Below are positions 55,340-64,000 of a stretch of DNA of 64,000 nt, one piece after another. How positions within the stretch are numbered: the first letter of the stretch is position 1; each line of letters starts with the position of its first letter. The notes under the pieces were generated by a model that was given only the letters and a program-made list of their open reading frames with translations, ran no database searches and was not told where the DNA came from. The position numbers and the translations under genes are program-made. This DNA comes from a virus (lineage: Duplodnaviria; Caudoviricetes), in the IMG/VR virus record IMGVR_UViG_3300035698_013504, positions 1 to 64,000 of that record; one strand, given 5' to 3'.

Positions 55340-56653
55340 ATGGAAAAGCTCGGAAAAGACAAAGAGCAGAAAGTCCTCGACGCACTCGAGTCGGCTATCA
55401 AGCTCGCCAATTCCGGTGATACCCCTTCTGACGCGATCTACAAGGTTGCGAGCCAGGAGAAGCTTGGGCAGGAGTTTGTACGCCGTATGGTTGAGGCGTT
55501 CAATGTGTCCAAGACTCTACACCATCTCCAGAACTCTGATGAGACGGAGAAGGGCGCCAGCTTCGAGTTGGCCGACGCCGAGGACGTCATTGGCCGTATG
55601 TGGCCCGACGAGGTAAAGGTAGAGGCCCCGATGAAGAAGGCCGCGTCTGATAACGGTTTGGGCGCCACATTCCTCGACGACGATCTCATGAAGCTCGGCA
55701 CGACCCGCGCAACTGCTGCGTTCGAGAAGATCGAGTTGAAGGAATACCCGCAGGACCCCGAGATCGTTTCCCGCAAGTGGTTTGATCGTCTTGGCCATTT
55801 TAAGAAGGCTGTGGCGATGGCCCACTCCGATTACGGTATCAGGTGTATCCGCTTCGTGGACGCTATCGGTAAGGTGGCCACCCACTTCCGTAACGTATCG
55901 CACGAGGACCCGCACGAGTTTGCCGAGAAGGTGTTGTGGCAGCACGGCGCCGTTGGTAAGAAGGTGCTTGACTTCGTGAAGAGTGCGAGTATGTTTCCGG
56001 ATATCGACGTTGAGATCCCGGACCGCCCGCGCGTCTGTCCGAACCGTGAACCCTACACTACCGTTGCCCACGCTATCGACGCTGTACACGCAATGACCAA
56101 GTACGCCGAAAAGCAGGTTCAGGCCGAGAACGACTTGGCGGAATGGGAATCCACCCGCCCTTTTGACGGTACGGCCGGTGATAAGGAGGCTGCGTTCTCC
56201 ATGCCGGAGGCTATTAGCCACCTCCACACGGCCACATCGTTGGCGCAAAGCGGCGGTGTTCTCCCCAATTCCGGTGCGGGCAAATCCAACTACGACGCAA
56301 ACCGGCAACAGATCCTGGACGAACTCTTTGACCCTAGTGATGCGCTGGAGCTCAGGAAGGCTCGCACACAGGTACTCATGAATGATATGCTTACGAATGA
56401 CCCTATCATTTCTGGGTATGACCAGGACAGAGTTGTTTCGGCATACAACCAGCTCGTGCAGCTTGCACCGCAGGCCGCGCAGCAGCCCATTATCTTGAGA
56501 AGCCTTCTACGGAAGCTGCTCACGACTGAGGGCGGGCTGGAAGACTTTGACATTAAGTCCATGACTGATGTGGAGAAAGATCTTCGATCAAGAGAGGTAC
56601 TTCCCACGTCATTAACATCAGTACCTCAAGCGGGAGACAAGTCTAATGGCTGA
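55340..56653 (+). CDS. alpha-helical hypothetical protein (head module)
   Basis: GGAG RBS; IYKVAS, MKKAAS, DKEAAF. Confidence 0.75.
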   Translation: MEKLGKDKEQKVLDALESAIKLANSGDTPSDAIYKVASQEKLGQEFVRRMVEAFNVSKTLHHLQNSDETEKGASFELADAEDVIGRMWPDEVKVEAPMKKAASDNGLGATFLDDDLMKLGTTRATAAFEKIELKEYPQDPEIVSRKWFDRLGHFKKAVAMAHSDYGIRCIRFVDAIGKVATHFRNVSHEDPHEFAEKVLWQHGAVGKKVLDFVKSASMFPDIDVEIPDRPRVCPNREPYTTVAHAIDAVHAMTKYAEKQVQAENDLAEWESTRPFDGTAGDKEAAFSMPEAISHLHTATSLAQSGGVLPNSGAGKSNYDANRQQILDELFDPSDALELRKARTQVLMNDMLTNDPIISGYDQDRVVSAYNQLVQLAPQAAQQPIILRSLLRKLLTTEGGLEDFDIKSMTDVEKDLRSREVLPTSLTSVPQAGDKSNG

Positions 56654-57836
56654 CGCAACGTTTGAGAAGATTGCGCAGATACTGGCCGAGATTACCATCG
56701 AGAACAGACCTGCTGGGCTGGAGAAGGTTGCCGCCAAGCCGGTTGATGGCGCCGACAAGAAGCCGGTCAATCTTAAGTCCCTTATTAGGGCTTTGAAGGA
56801 ACGCAAGCGGCGTAAGGCACCAGCGGATACACCTGATGATGCGCAGACTGCTGTGCAAGCCGCGTTGGACAAGCTTAACGCCACCGTCAAGAAGCCCTCA
56901 AAGAGTATAGTCTCTCGCATTGCAGGCGGCGCTACCGATGTCGGCAAGTATATGCGCGACGATATACTCAACAATCCTAAGACGTACGGCACTATCGGAG
57001 GTGGTTTAGCCGTCGCTGATTGGATGACACCTAAAACCATAGCGAACGCCGGCGGGGTTATCTCCGCTAATGCCGGTGTACCCAAGGGTGCCCCTTTGAG
57101 CTCTATTCTCGGGGACCCCGACACTCTGAAAAGGGTTGGCGAGACACTTCCGAGATATAAGACTCGGCTGGATGCCGCCGCCAAGTCCGTCAGGGACGCT
57201 AAGAGATATCGTACACGTACGAGTCGGCCCCCAAGTCGAAGCGGCGGGGGCAAGTTCATGAACCTGACTGAGAAGGCCGTTAACTCAAGTCGACAGAACG
57301 CCCAGGCAGTGGAGGAAGTGCGGGATATCCTTAACACGGCCAACGCGACCATGGAGAAACCTAAGGGTTTGCTTGGTAAGGCGATTAACCCCGGGCATCA
57401 GGCCGTACCTATGAACAACCTTAGACGATCCGCCGATAACATTGTGCGGCCCAAGCCCTTTCGCAAGGCTTTGGAGTATGCAAAGCACAAGCTGAAGCTT
57501 ATGAACCCATTCTCACCAACACGTACGGCTGTTGCAGGTATAAACGATGCCAGTCAGTCTCTTGCCAGCGGCGCGTTCAAAAGTACCGCCGACGACGTCG
57601 GTAGGGGTGCGAGCAATGTATTTGGTAAGGGAGCACCGTGGCGTAAAGCGCTAAAGGGAGGTTTTGTAAGAAGGACCGTACAGGGCGGTATAAAAGCCGG
57701 GATAGGAGTTGGCGGTATAGCTCTAGGTCATTATGGTCTCGATAAGATGTTTGGCGACGGTAAGGTCAACTTCCCTAAACAGCCCGACCCGAGTACTATG
57801 GTTGAGCTCGGCAAGACCATTAACCCGAAGAAGTAG
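56646..57836 (+). CDS. basic amphipathic virion-type protein, paralog A
   Basis: Shares LNNPKTYG.IGGG.A.ADWMTPK and MFGDGK.N.PK..STM.ELGKTINPK with the next gene. Confidence 0.8.
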   Translation: MADATFEKIAQILAEITIENRPAGLEKVAAKPVDGADKKPVNLKSLIRALKERKRRKAPADTPDDAQTAVQAALDKLNATVKKPSKSIVSRIAGGATDVGKYMRDDILNNPKTYGTIGGGLAVADWMTPKTIANAGGVISANAGVPKGAPLSSILGDPDTLKRVGETLPRYKTRLDAAAKSVRDAKRYRTRTSRPPSRSGGGKFMNLTEKAVNSSRQNAQAVEEVRDILNTANATMEKPKGLLGKAINPGHQAVPMNNLRRSADNIVRPKPFRKALEYAKHKLKLMNPFSPTRTAVAGINDASQSLASGAFKSTADDVGRGASNVFGKGAPWRKALKGGFVRRTVQGGIKAGIGVGGIALGHYGLDKMFGDGKVNFPKQPDPSTMVELGKTINPKK

Positions 57837-57847
57837 GTATCACGGCT

Positions 57848-59119
57848 ATGCAAAAAACGGCACACGCAATTAGCCAGGGCGCCCTAGAGAAGGTCGCGGG
57901 CCGACTTGAGGCCCTTAAAGCCTCGGTGCTTGCTCGTAACCAGCGTAAGGCGCCAGCGGTGTCCCCTAAGGTGGAAGCCGCGATGGCTAAGGTTGATGCG
58001 GCCACTAATAAGAAACAGGGTATTGTTGGTGAAGCCGCGACGTTTATGGGTAACGAGCTTCTTAACAATCCTAAGACGTACGGCGCTATAGGTGGCGGTA
58101 TCGCTGCCGCTGATTGGATGACACCTAAGCTCAAGGCTGGAGCTGGTGCGCGCAGGGCTGTTATTGCAGGTATGCCAACCAGGTCATCTTTACGCGACAT
58201 GCTGAACCCTAAGAACATGGAGCGGATCATAAAAGCGTTCCCGCAGTACGGGCCACGGTTAAGGCACACCGCCTCTAAACTCAACAAGGCCATTACGGCC
58301 GGTGGGGTTCCTAGACAGAGTAACGGCGCCATAAAAAGCTTCATCGACATTTCAGCAGACGATCTCGATAGAGTGATTAATCTGATGCCGGACAATACCC
58401 ATAAAGCAGTGCTTGAAGCTTACGCCAACGGGACGCTAAATAGGGCAAATATGCCGAGTAACCTTCGCGCAACGCTTAGACAGGCCCAGCAGAACGCCAC
58501 AAAAATAGCGATTAGCCAACAGTTCACGCCGACTCATGGCATAGCCTCTACGATGGATCACCTGTCGGACGTGCAGCTTAAGCGCATGGTCAATAATACG
58601 GGCACGGGTAGTCTAGCGTTTACGGATGAAGTTGCAGACGCACTCAACGTGTCCTCCAAAGCCCTTGAGAAGCCGCAGGGTGCACTCAGTAAGATGTTCA
58701 ACCCGGGCCGCAGGCCCATACCTGGCAATAGCCTCGGCCAAGTTGCAGATGATGTAAAACCCAAGAAGCTCCTCAATCGGCCTTTGGCATACCTCAAGGA
58801 CAAATTTAATGTCTTCCGTAAAGGACGCCCGGCCGCCGGAGCTATAAACTTTGCGGATGATTTTGCCAGCGGCGCATTTCGTGGTGCTGGAGATGATGTG
58901 ACCAAAGCTTTCAAGAAGGTACCGTGGAAGCGCGCGCTTAGCAGCACCGGTTGGAGAGCCGCAGGCACAGGCTTGAAAGCTGTTGCTGGTACAGGCGCTC
59001 TACTCGCCGGTCAGTATGGCGTTGACAGGATGTTTGGCGACGGTAAGGCCAACGTTCCTAAACCGGCCGCCCCAAGTACTATGGCGGAGCTCGGCAAAAC
59101 CATTAATCCTAAAAGGTAG
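57848..59119 (+). CDS. basic amphipathic virion-type protein, paralog B
   Basis: Same shared blocks as paralog A. Confidence 0.8.
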   Translation: MQKTAHAISQGALEKVAGRLEALKASVLARNQRKAPAVSPKVEAAMAKVDAATNKKQGIVGEAATFMGNELLNNPKTYGAIGGGIAAADWMTPKLKAGAGARRAVIAGMPTRSSLRDMLNPKNMERIIKAFPQYGPRLRHTASKLNKAITAGGVPRQSNGAIKSFIDISADDLDRVINLMPDNTHKAVLEAYANGTLNRANMPSNLRATLRQAQQNATKIAISQQFTPTHGIASTMDHLSDVQLKRMVNNTGTGSLAFTDEVADALNVSSKALEKPQGALSKMFNPGRRPIPGNSLGQVADDVKPKKLLNRPLAYLKDKFNVFRKGRPAAGAINFADDFASGAFRGAGDDVTKAFKKVPWKRALSSTGWRAAGTGLKAVAGTGALLAGQYGVDRMFGDGKANVPKPAAPSTMAELGKTINPKR

Positions 59120-59131
59120 GCGTCTACAGCC

Positions 59132-60631
59132 ATGCTAAAATCGATACACTCAACCAGCTACGACTACGGCGAGCCCATGATGAGACTCGTGGACGTTCAT
59201 AGTCGCGGTGTCGACAGTGCCTGGATGGAGAAGCGGTCAGCGGTACTCACCGAAGCGATCGCGAACATCAGGCCAGAGCGTGGGCGGTCGTTCATTCACC
59301 TCATCGCCATGGGCTCGTGCGATACCTACGGCGGCAATCGCAACGGTGACTGGTTCACAAAGACAGCTGAAGAGTTCGAGGTCCCCTACCCGGAGGAGAA
59401 CCCTGAGAAGGGCGCTGGTAAACTCATCAAGGTAAGCTGTGGCCTCATCGAGCGTCATGACACCTTCGTGAAGTACGGGCACGTCTTTAGTCATCACAAG
59501 AATAAGGATCCCGGGATTGCCAGCGGGTCTATCCACACTTCGGCGTGGAACCCGGACATGGACCGCGTCGAGTTGATCATCAACGTCGACAACGGTAAGT
59601 GGGAGAATGACCTCACCAAGCTCGCGAGCGGTGACGACATCCCCGTGTCGATGGCGTGTAAGGTCCCGTGGGATATCTGTACCGCCTGCGGTCATTACGC
59701 CCGGACACGTAAGGACTACTGTTCGCACGCTAGAGACATGATGACACAGATTACGAAGTCGGGTCACCTCGTTGGCGTACTTAACGAGCGGCCCACCTTC
59801 TTCGACATCTCCAAGGTACTCCGCCCCGCCGACCGTATCGCCTGGAGTTTGCAGAAGGTCGCATCTGCCGCTAACACAATCGTGACACCGGACAACGTTA
59901 TCGTCTCTTCGTCAGCGTTGGCGGATGAGATGGGACTCGTAGCGCCCTTGGCGGTAGCTATGGACGTACCCCTTATCTTGATGAAGCGCGCGGCCCAGTT
60001 GCGTAAGCTCTCCGAGATGGAGAAAGAGGTTGAAGGTGAGATGCAGGGCCACAGCAAGAAGCGTGGCGTCATCCGCCTAACGATCGCAGTACCGCAAGAC
60101 GATCAGATTGACGAGAAGGACACGAAGACACTCAGGTCAGACGACCTGAACAATGTTCTCGGCCAGATGTCGGGTAAAGGCATCAGTCTTGGGCTGAAGG
60201 ACTTCTTACGCCTCGTAATGGGCGATATCGATGACTTGGACAGCGTCATCCCGACCGCGAGTTCTATGTTGCCATCAGTCTTCCGAGACCTAGTGGAAGA
60301 CGGCGACACGGAAGAAGTATCCGGTGACGCGACGTACAAGCCGACGAAGGGTAAGGTCTCCAAGGACACGGAGGCCGTCACCGACAAGCTCACTGAGAAG
60401 TGTTCAATTCACAGTGGTCCTGTCACGCGGCGAATCATGATCGTGAAGATCGGCCCGCGTCGGTCAGCGACGTCGGAGGATGATCAGGTGGAGAAGGCTT
60501 CGGCCGAAATCCAAGCAAAAGCGAGGGTGCTGGCACGTGAATACGCCAAGTACAAAATAGCCTTTGCGTCTGACCATTCTGCTGACGAGACTATAAACAC
60601 CTTGACCGTGTTACAAAACTTCGTACAATAA
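59132..60631 (+). CDS. probable prohead (capsid maturation) protease with Zn-ribbon insertion
   Basis: GNRNGDWF, HVFSHHKNKDP, VELII.VD, VSMACKVPWDICTACG..YCSH; lies upstream of scaffold and capsid genes. Confidence 0.65.
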   Translation: MLKSIHSTSYDYGEPMMRLVDVHSRGVDSAWMEKRSAVLTEAIANIRPERGRSFIHLIAMGSCDTYGGNRNGDWFTKTAEEFEVPYPEENPEKGAGKLIKVSCGLIERHDTFVKYGHVFSHHKNKDPGIASGSIHTSAWNPDMDRVELIINVDNGKWENDLTKLASGDDIPVSMACKVPWDICTACGHYARTRKDYCSHARDMMTQITKSGHLVGVLNERPTFFDISKVLRPADRIAWSLQKVASAANTIVTPDNVIVSSSALADEMGLVAPLAVAMDVPLILMKRAAQLRKLSEMEKEVEGEMQGHSKKRGVIRLTIAVPQDDQIDEKDTKTLRSDDLNNVLGQMSGKGISLGLKDFLRLVMGDIDDLDSVIPTASSMLPSVFRDLVEDGDTEEVSGDATYKPTKGKVSKDTEAVTDKLTEKCSIHSGPVTRRIMIVKIGPRRSATSEDDQVEKASAEIQAKARVLAREYAKYKIAFASDHSADETINTLTVLQNFVQ

Positions 60632-60681
60632 AGGTAATGGCAAACACGGTCTTACGACGTATTACTCAGTAAAGGAGAAGT

Positions 60682-61971
60682 GTGATGGCCAAAGACCCGA
60701 ACCTGCTCAGTCACATGCAGGGCTTCCTTGATGAAGTCCGCATGGAAAAGCAGGCGGCTGCGGGTGGACAGTCTGACCCCGGTACGTCCCACCCCGTTGG
60801 GAATGCTGACGACCAGACCCAAGCAGCGTCTGAAGGTGCCCGTTCGGCTGAAAACACCAGTGACGTTAAAGCTGGCGTAGGTGCGCCGTCTGTTGACTCC
60901 AGTGGAGAAGCAGGCTCAGCACCCGAGAACAGCACGAAGGGCCAAGGCACCGAGATCCAGGGAGCTGACGAAACGAAGGGTAACGTGCCGACGCCTGGCA
61001 CCGCCCCCGACAAGCCCACTGAGTCGACTTCGCATCAGTCGAACCAGACCTGGCAAGAGAAGTACTCGGCGCTTACCACGACCGGAAACCAGCTTATCGA
61101 ATTGCTTAGCAAGATCGATGGTGGTGTCCCGGAAGAGAAGCAGGCCGCAGAGGGCGAGCAGGCCCCTGTAGTCGCGCCTGTTGTTGCACCCGCCGTATCT
61201 GAAAAGACCGCCGCAGAGCAGAAAGCCGTCGAGGAAGCTGGCCAAGCCGGTTACCTCGCAGGTCAGGCGCTCGCCGGTGATCTCGGTATCGATAAGACGG
61301 CTGCCGAAGAGAACGCCGCTATCGTTAGTAGCATGATGAAGTCGGCCGATGAAGACGCGCAGACTTTCGTTGATTACGTCACGGGTTTCGCCGAGGGCGA
61401 GCAGCGAATGGGTAAGCAGTCTATGGTCCCCGCTGGTGCCCTCGAAGAGGAAACCGGTGAGGAAGCTCCGGCCGAAGCCCCCGCGCCTGAAGAGGAAGCC
61501 GCACTTGCCGCCCTTGCTGGCGGTGGTGGCGGTGGCGAAATGCCCCCGATGGGCGGCGAAATGCCCCCTATGGGCGGCGAAGCCCCTCCTGAGGCGGGTC
61601 TCGGAGAAGAGTCCGGCGCCGAAGAGGCCATTGTTCAGCTCATACAGGCCCTCGAGGAAGCTGGTATCTCCCCTGAAGAACTCATGGCCGCGCTCCAACA
61701 GGGTGGCGGTGGTGATATGATGGGTGGTGGTGAAGAGATGGCGATGGGCGGCGGCGGAATGCCCCCCATGCCCCCCGAAGCCCCCGCAGAAGCTCCTCCC
61801 GGTATCCCTGGGGAGGAAGCCAAGCTCGCTTCGCTTCGAATGACGGCTAAGGCTGAAGGCATGCTCGCAGGCATGATCCTCAGTCAGCCCCAGGAGAAGC
61901 AGGCCGCAGCGATGGTTACGATTCAGGGTCGCGTCCGAGACTTGCTCGCTGCTAAAGCGCAGAGAGCGTAG
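60682..61971 (+). CDS. probable scaffolding/core protein
   Basis: Acidic and low-complexity, between protease and capsid genes; seven K-x-[AS] motifs. Confidence 0.55.
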   Translation: MMAKDPNLLSHMQGFLDEVRMEKQAAAGGQSDPGTSHPVGNADDQTQAASEGARSAENTSDVKAGVGAPSVDSSGEAGSAPENSTKGQGTEIQGADETKGNVPTPGTAPDKPTESTSHQSNQTWQEKYSALTTTGNQLIELLSKIDGGVPEEKQAAEGEQAPVVAPVVAPAVSEKTAAEQKAVEEAGQAGYLAGQALAGDLGIDKTAAEENAAIVSSMMKSADEDAQTFVDYVTGFAEGEQRMGKQSMVPAGALEEETGEEAPAEAPAPEEEAALAALAGGGGGGEMPPMGGEMPPMGGEAPPEAGLGEESGAEEAIVQLIQALEEAGISPEELMAALQQGGGGDMMGGGEEMAMGGGGMPPMPPEAPAEAPPGIPGEEAKLASLRMTAKAEGMLAGMILSQPQEKQAAAMVTIQGRVRDLLAAKAQRA

Positions 61972-61982
61972 GAGGAACCCAA

Positions 61983-62375
61983 ATGTCGGAAATGATTCAA
62001 GTACCTAAGGGTCTCCTCCCGCTGGTGGTGTCCTTTGTCAAGCAGTCCAGTGCCCTGCTTAGGGAAGCTGGAGAGACGATGGAAGCCGGTCAGGAGAAGA
62101 CTGCCGCCGTACAAGAGGCTCTTACACAGAAGGCTGCTGCCGCTGTGAAAGAGTGTATTGAAAGCGGGTTGATGTCAGACGCAGCTAAGGAAAGCGCCAT
62201 CGGCACGTTGTCGACGGATCATGCTACCGCGCTGGCGTCGTTGGAAAAGGTTGCTCGAGATATCCGCCCCTTCTCTACAGGTGGACCTTCGCCTCGCTCG
62301 GGTGACGATGGCGGTACCGACGGTAAGTCGGCTGCCGATTCACAATTCGAACAAAAACTTGGCTTCACCGGTTAA
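61983..62375 (+). CDS. helical head-module protein (scaffold-related?)
   Basis: AGGAGG RBS; QEKTAA, LEKVAR. Confidence 0.65.
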   Translation: MSEMIQVPKGLLPLVVSFVKQSSALLREAGETMEAGQEKTAAVQEALTQKAAAAVKECIESGLMSDAAKESAIGTLSTDHATALASLEKVARDIRPFSTGGPSPRSGDDGGTDGKSAADSQFEQKLGFTG

Positions 62376-62418
62376 CGTTAACCGTTGAGTCATTCCCTCA
62401 ACAAGGAGGAATTAAGGT

Positions 62419-62946
62419 ATGCCTGGCGACATGACCCCCGGACAAATGTACGATCACGAGCTTAACCCCACGAAGGGGTGGCCGTCTCCGTACGCTATCG
62501 ATTACGCCGCAGCGGTCTCGGCCTCCGAGACCAATACGATTCAAGCTGGTATGGGCTGCTACCTGGACGCCAATGGCGAATTCAGGCTTGGTAGCTCCGC
62601 CGGTGCTGTCACGATCCTCATGCTTCAGAACGTGAATGACTTCGATGCGAACTCCGACGTCGGCAACATCTCCGGCGGCGTAATGAGCGGCTTGCCCTGT
62701 GTGGCCAGCTACGAAGTCTGGACGACCGAGTTCGTCGCTGGTAACTACGCCCCCAACGATTACCTCAAGATCGAAACCGCCGCTGGTAACATCGGCAAGG
62801 TCACTGAAGGCAACGCCTACATCGACCAGATCTGTGGTATCGTCTCGTTGGGTACGTTCAGCAACGAGCACCAGGTCAGCGTCCTGCAGTTCTGGACCTA
62901 TCACCTGCCGCCCATGAGTACGTCGAGCTCGTCTAGCTCCGCGTAG
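62419..62946 (+). CDS. probable head decoration / capsid cement protein
   Basis: Beta-rich, 175 aa, directly before the capsid gene; strongly biased codon usage. Confidence 0.5.
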   Translation: MPGDMTPGQMYDHELNPTKGWPSPYAIDYAAAVSASETNTIQAGMGCYLDANGEFRLGSSAGAVTILMLQNVNDFDANSDVGNISGGVMSGLPCVASYEVWTTEFVAGNYAPNDYLKIETAAGNIGKVTEGNAYIDQICGIVSLGTFSNEHQVSVLQFWTYHLPPMSTSSSSSSA

Positions 62947-62961
62947 CCGTTTCACAATCAG

Positions 62962-63003
62962 CCCGGAGACCGCTAGTCCCAGATAAGTGGAGCGGTCTCC
63001 GGG
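62962..63003 (+). other. 13-bp perfect hairpin in the capsid gene leader
   Basis: CCCGGAGACCGCT-16nt-AGCGGTCTCCGGG with no T-tract. Confidence 0.75.
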
Positions 63004-63059
63004 AGTCACACGACAATAGTGACACGTTACTAACGTCGTAAACAGAAGGAGTAAAAGAG

Positions 63060-63985
63060 ATGCCCGACCCGACCGCCAAAATGGTCAACGAGGCACTTCT
63101 GGACCGCCTCGCAGACGACGGCATGAAGAAGGAAGCGCAAGACGCCGTCACGGACTACGTTCGCATGAGAGTTCGTGAAGACGGCTTCCTCCGCCGTATT
63201 ATGAATCCCGTCCAGATCAGCAACGATCAGCTCGACCGTCAGGTCGACACCGACAAGCCGGTGAAGATCGTCGACATGGAGCCGGACAGCCCGGCCGCCC
63301 AGAGTGTTCCGTTCGCGACTCTGCCCTCCAACCGCTACATCCGCGGTCGGAGATGTCGAGTTATGTTCGACCGGATCGAAACTCCCCGCTTCACTAAGGA
63401 TGTTACCGAGCTCCGTACGTACGACATGGACATCCGTCAGGTCCTGTCGGACAACGCGATCAAGGACGTCCTGGCCGAAGAGGATGGCAAGTTGTTGCGG
63501 CCATCACGCAGATTCTCGGTTCGCAGGGAGCCACGGTCACCGAGACCGGCAGTATTCAGTGGCAGGCCATCAGTGGCGGTATCACCCGCGACACCATCGC
63601 CGACGCCATGAAGATTCTCCCCTCCACCCCGAGTCACCTTAACTGCGCGACCGTCCTGGTGAACAACATCACCATCTGGGACATCGTGAAGTGGGAACGG
63701 CCCGAAGTTGGTGGCGATCTCGCACAGGAAATCCTGATCAACGGTTTCGCCGAGCGTACCCTCATGGGTTGCCGGTGGATCATCACGATCAAGACTTCGC
63801 TCGTCCCGACGAACACTATCTTCCAGTTTGCCGAACCGAAGTTTATCGGCAAATTTTTCGTTTTGGAAGATACGACGATGTACATCGACAGAAAAGCTTT
63901 CATGCTCGAGTTCTTCGCCTATGAAGAGATCGGTTGCACGATCGCCAATGTCGCTTCCGTAGCTCGCGCCGACTTCACGGCGTAA
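63060..63985 (+). CDS. probable major capsid protein (HK97-like fold), split by a -1 frameshift near 63490-63497
   Basis: Frame from 63060 reads ..KDVLAEEDGK; the -1 frame continues VAAITQILGSQGATVTETGSIQWQAISGGITRDTIADAMK into the 63608-63985 ORF; joined length about 308 aa; last gene of the protease-scaffold-decoration run. Confidence 0.65.
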
Positions 63986-64000
63986 GCGGCGAACACGCCA

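Noticed and set aside
1-64000. Genome-wide TAG or TGA stop-codon reassignment
   Set aside because: Gene density is high under code 11 and many coupled genes end in TAG or TGA directly before the next RBS
1-64000. tRNA or rRNA genes
   Set aside because: No cloverleaf/T-loop GTTCRA context or rRNA-like stretch seen by eye; tRNAscan would be needed to exclude them fully

Overview
The window looks like a 64-kb piece of a large (jumbo-type) tailed-phage genome, almost all on the + strand. The left half (1-32 kb) is an accessory region. It holds a tandem array of 13 paralogous unknown genes (2.4-9.1 kb), three smaller paralog families, several likely counter-defence enzymes (NADAR, HD alarmone hydrolase, TcmP-like, double DUF115) and a complete TIGR-Tas-like RNA-guided system. 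That system is a nuclease-less Nop-domain (IS110-related) protein at 12093-13106, a long hairpin, and a 1.35-kb array of 36-37 strictly alternating 36-nt dual-repeat/dual-spacer units at 13183-14530. The right half (32-64 kb) is a core/virion module. It has a DNA ligase with an N-terminal LigD-type phosphoesterase domain, a tubulin/FtsZ-family GTPase, and a multisubunit RNA polymerase laid out as a beta+beta-prime-N fusion plus a separate beta-prime-C gene. Many unknown proteins there share a hydrophobic-x-K-x-[AS] motif, and the module ends in a probable prohead protease, scaffold, head decoration protein and major capsid protein, the last broken by a 1-nt frameshift. I saw no tRNA, rRNA or CRISPR array. 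All family assignments come from motif recognition by eye, not database searches, and several start codons were moved to RBS-supported positions.
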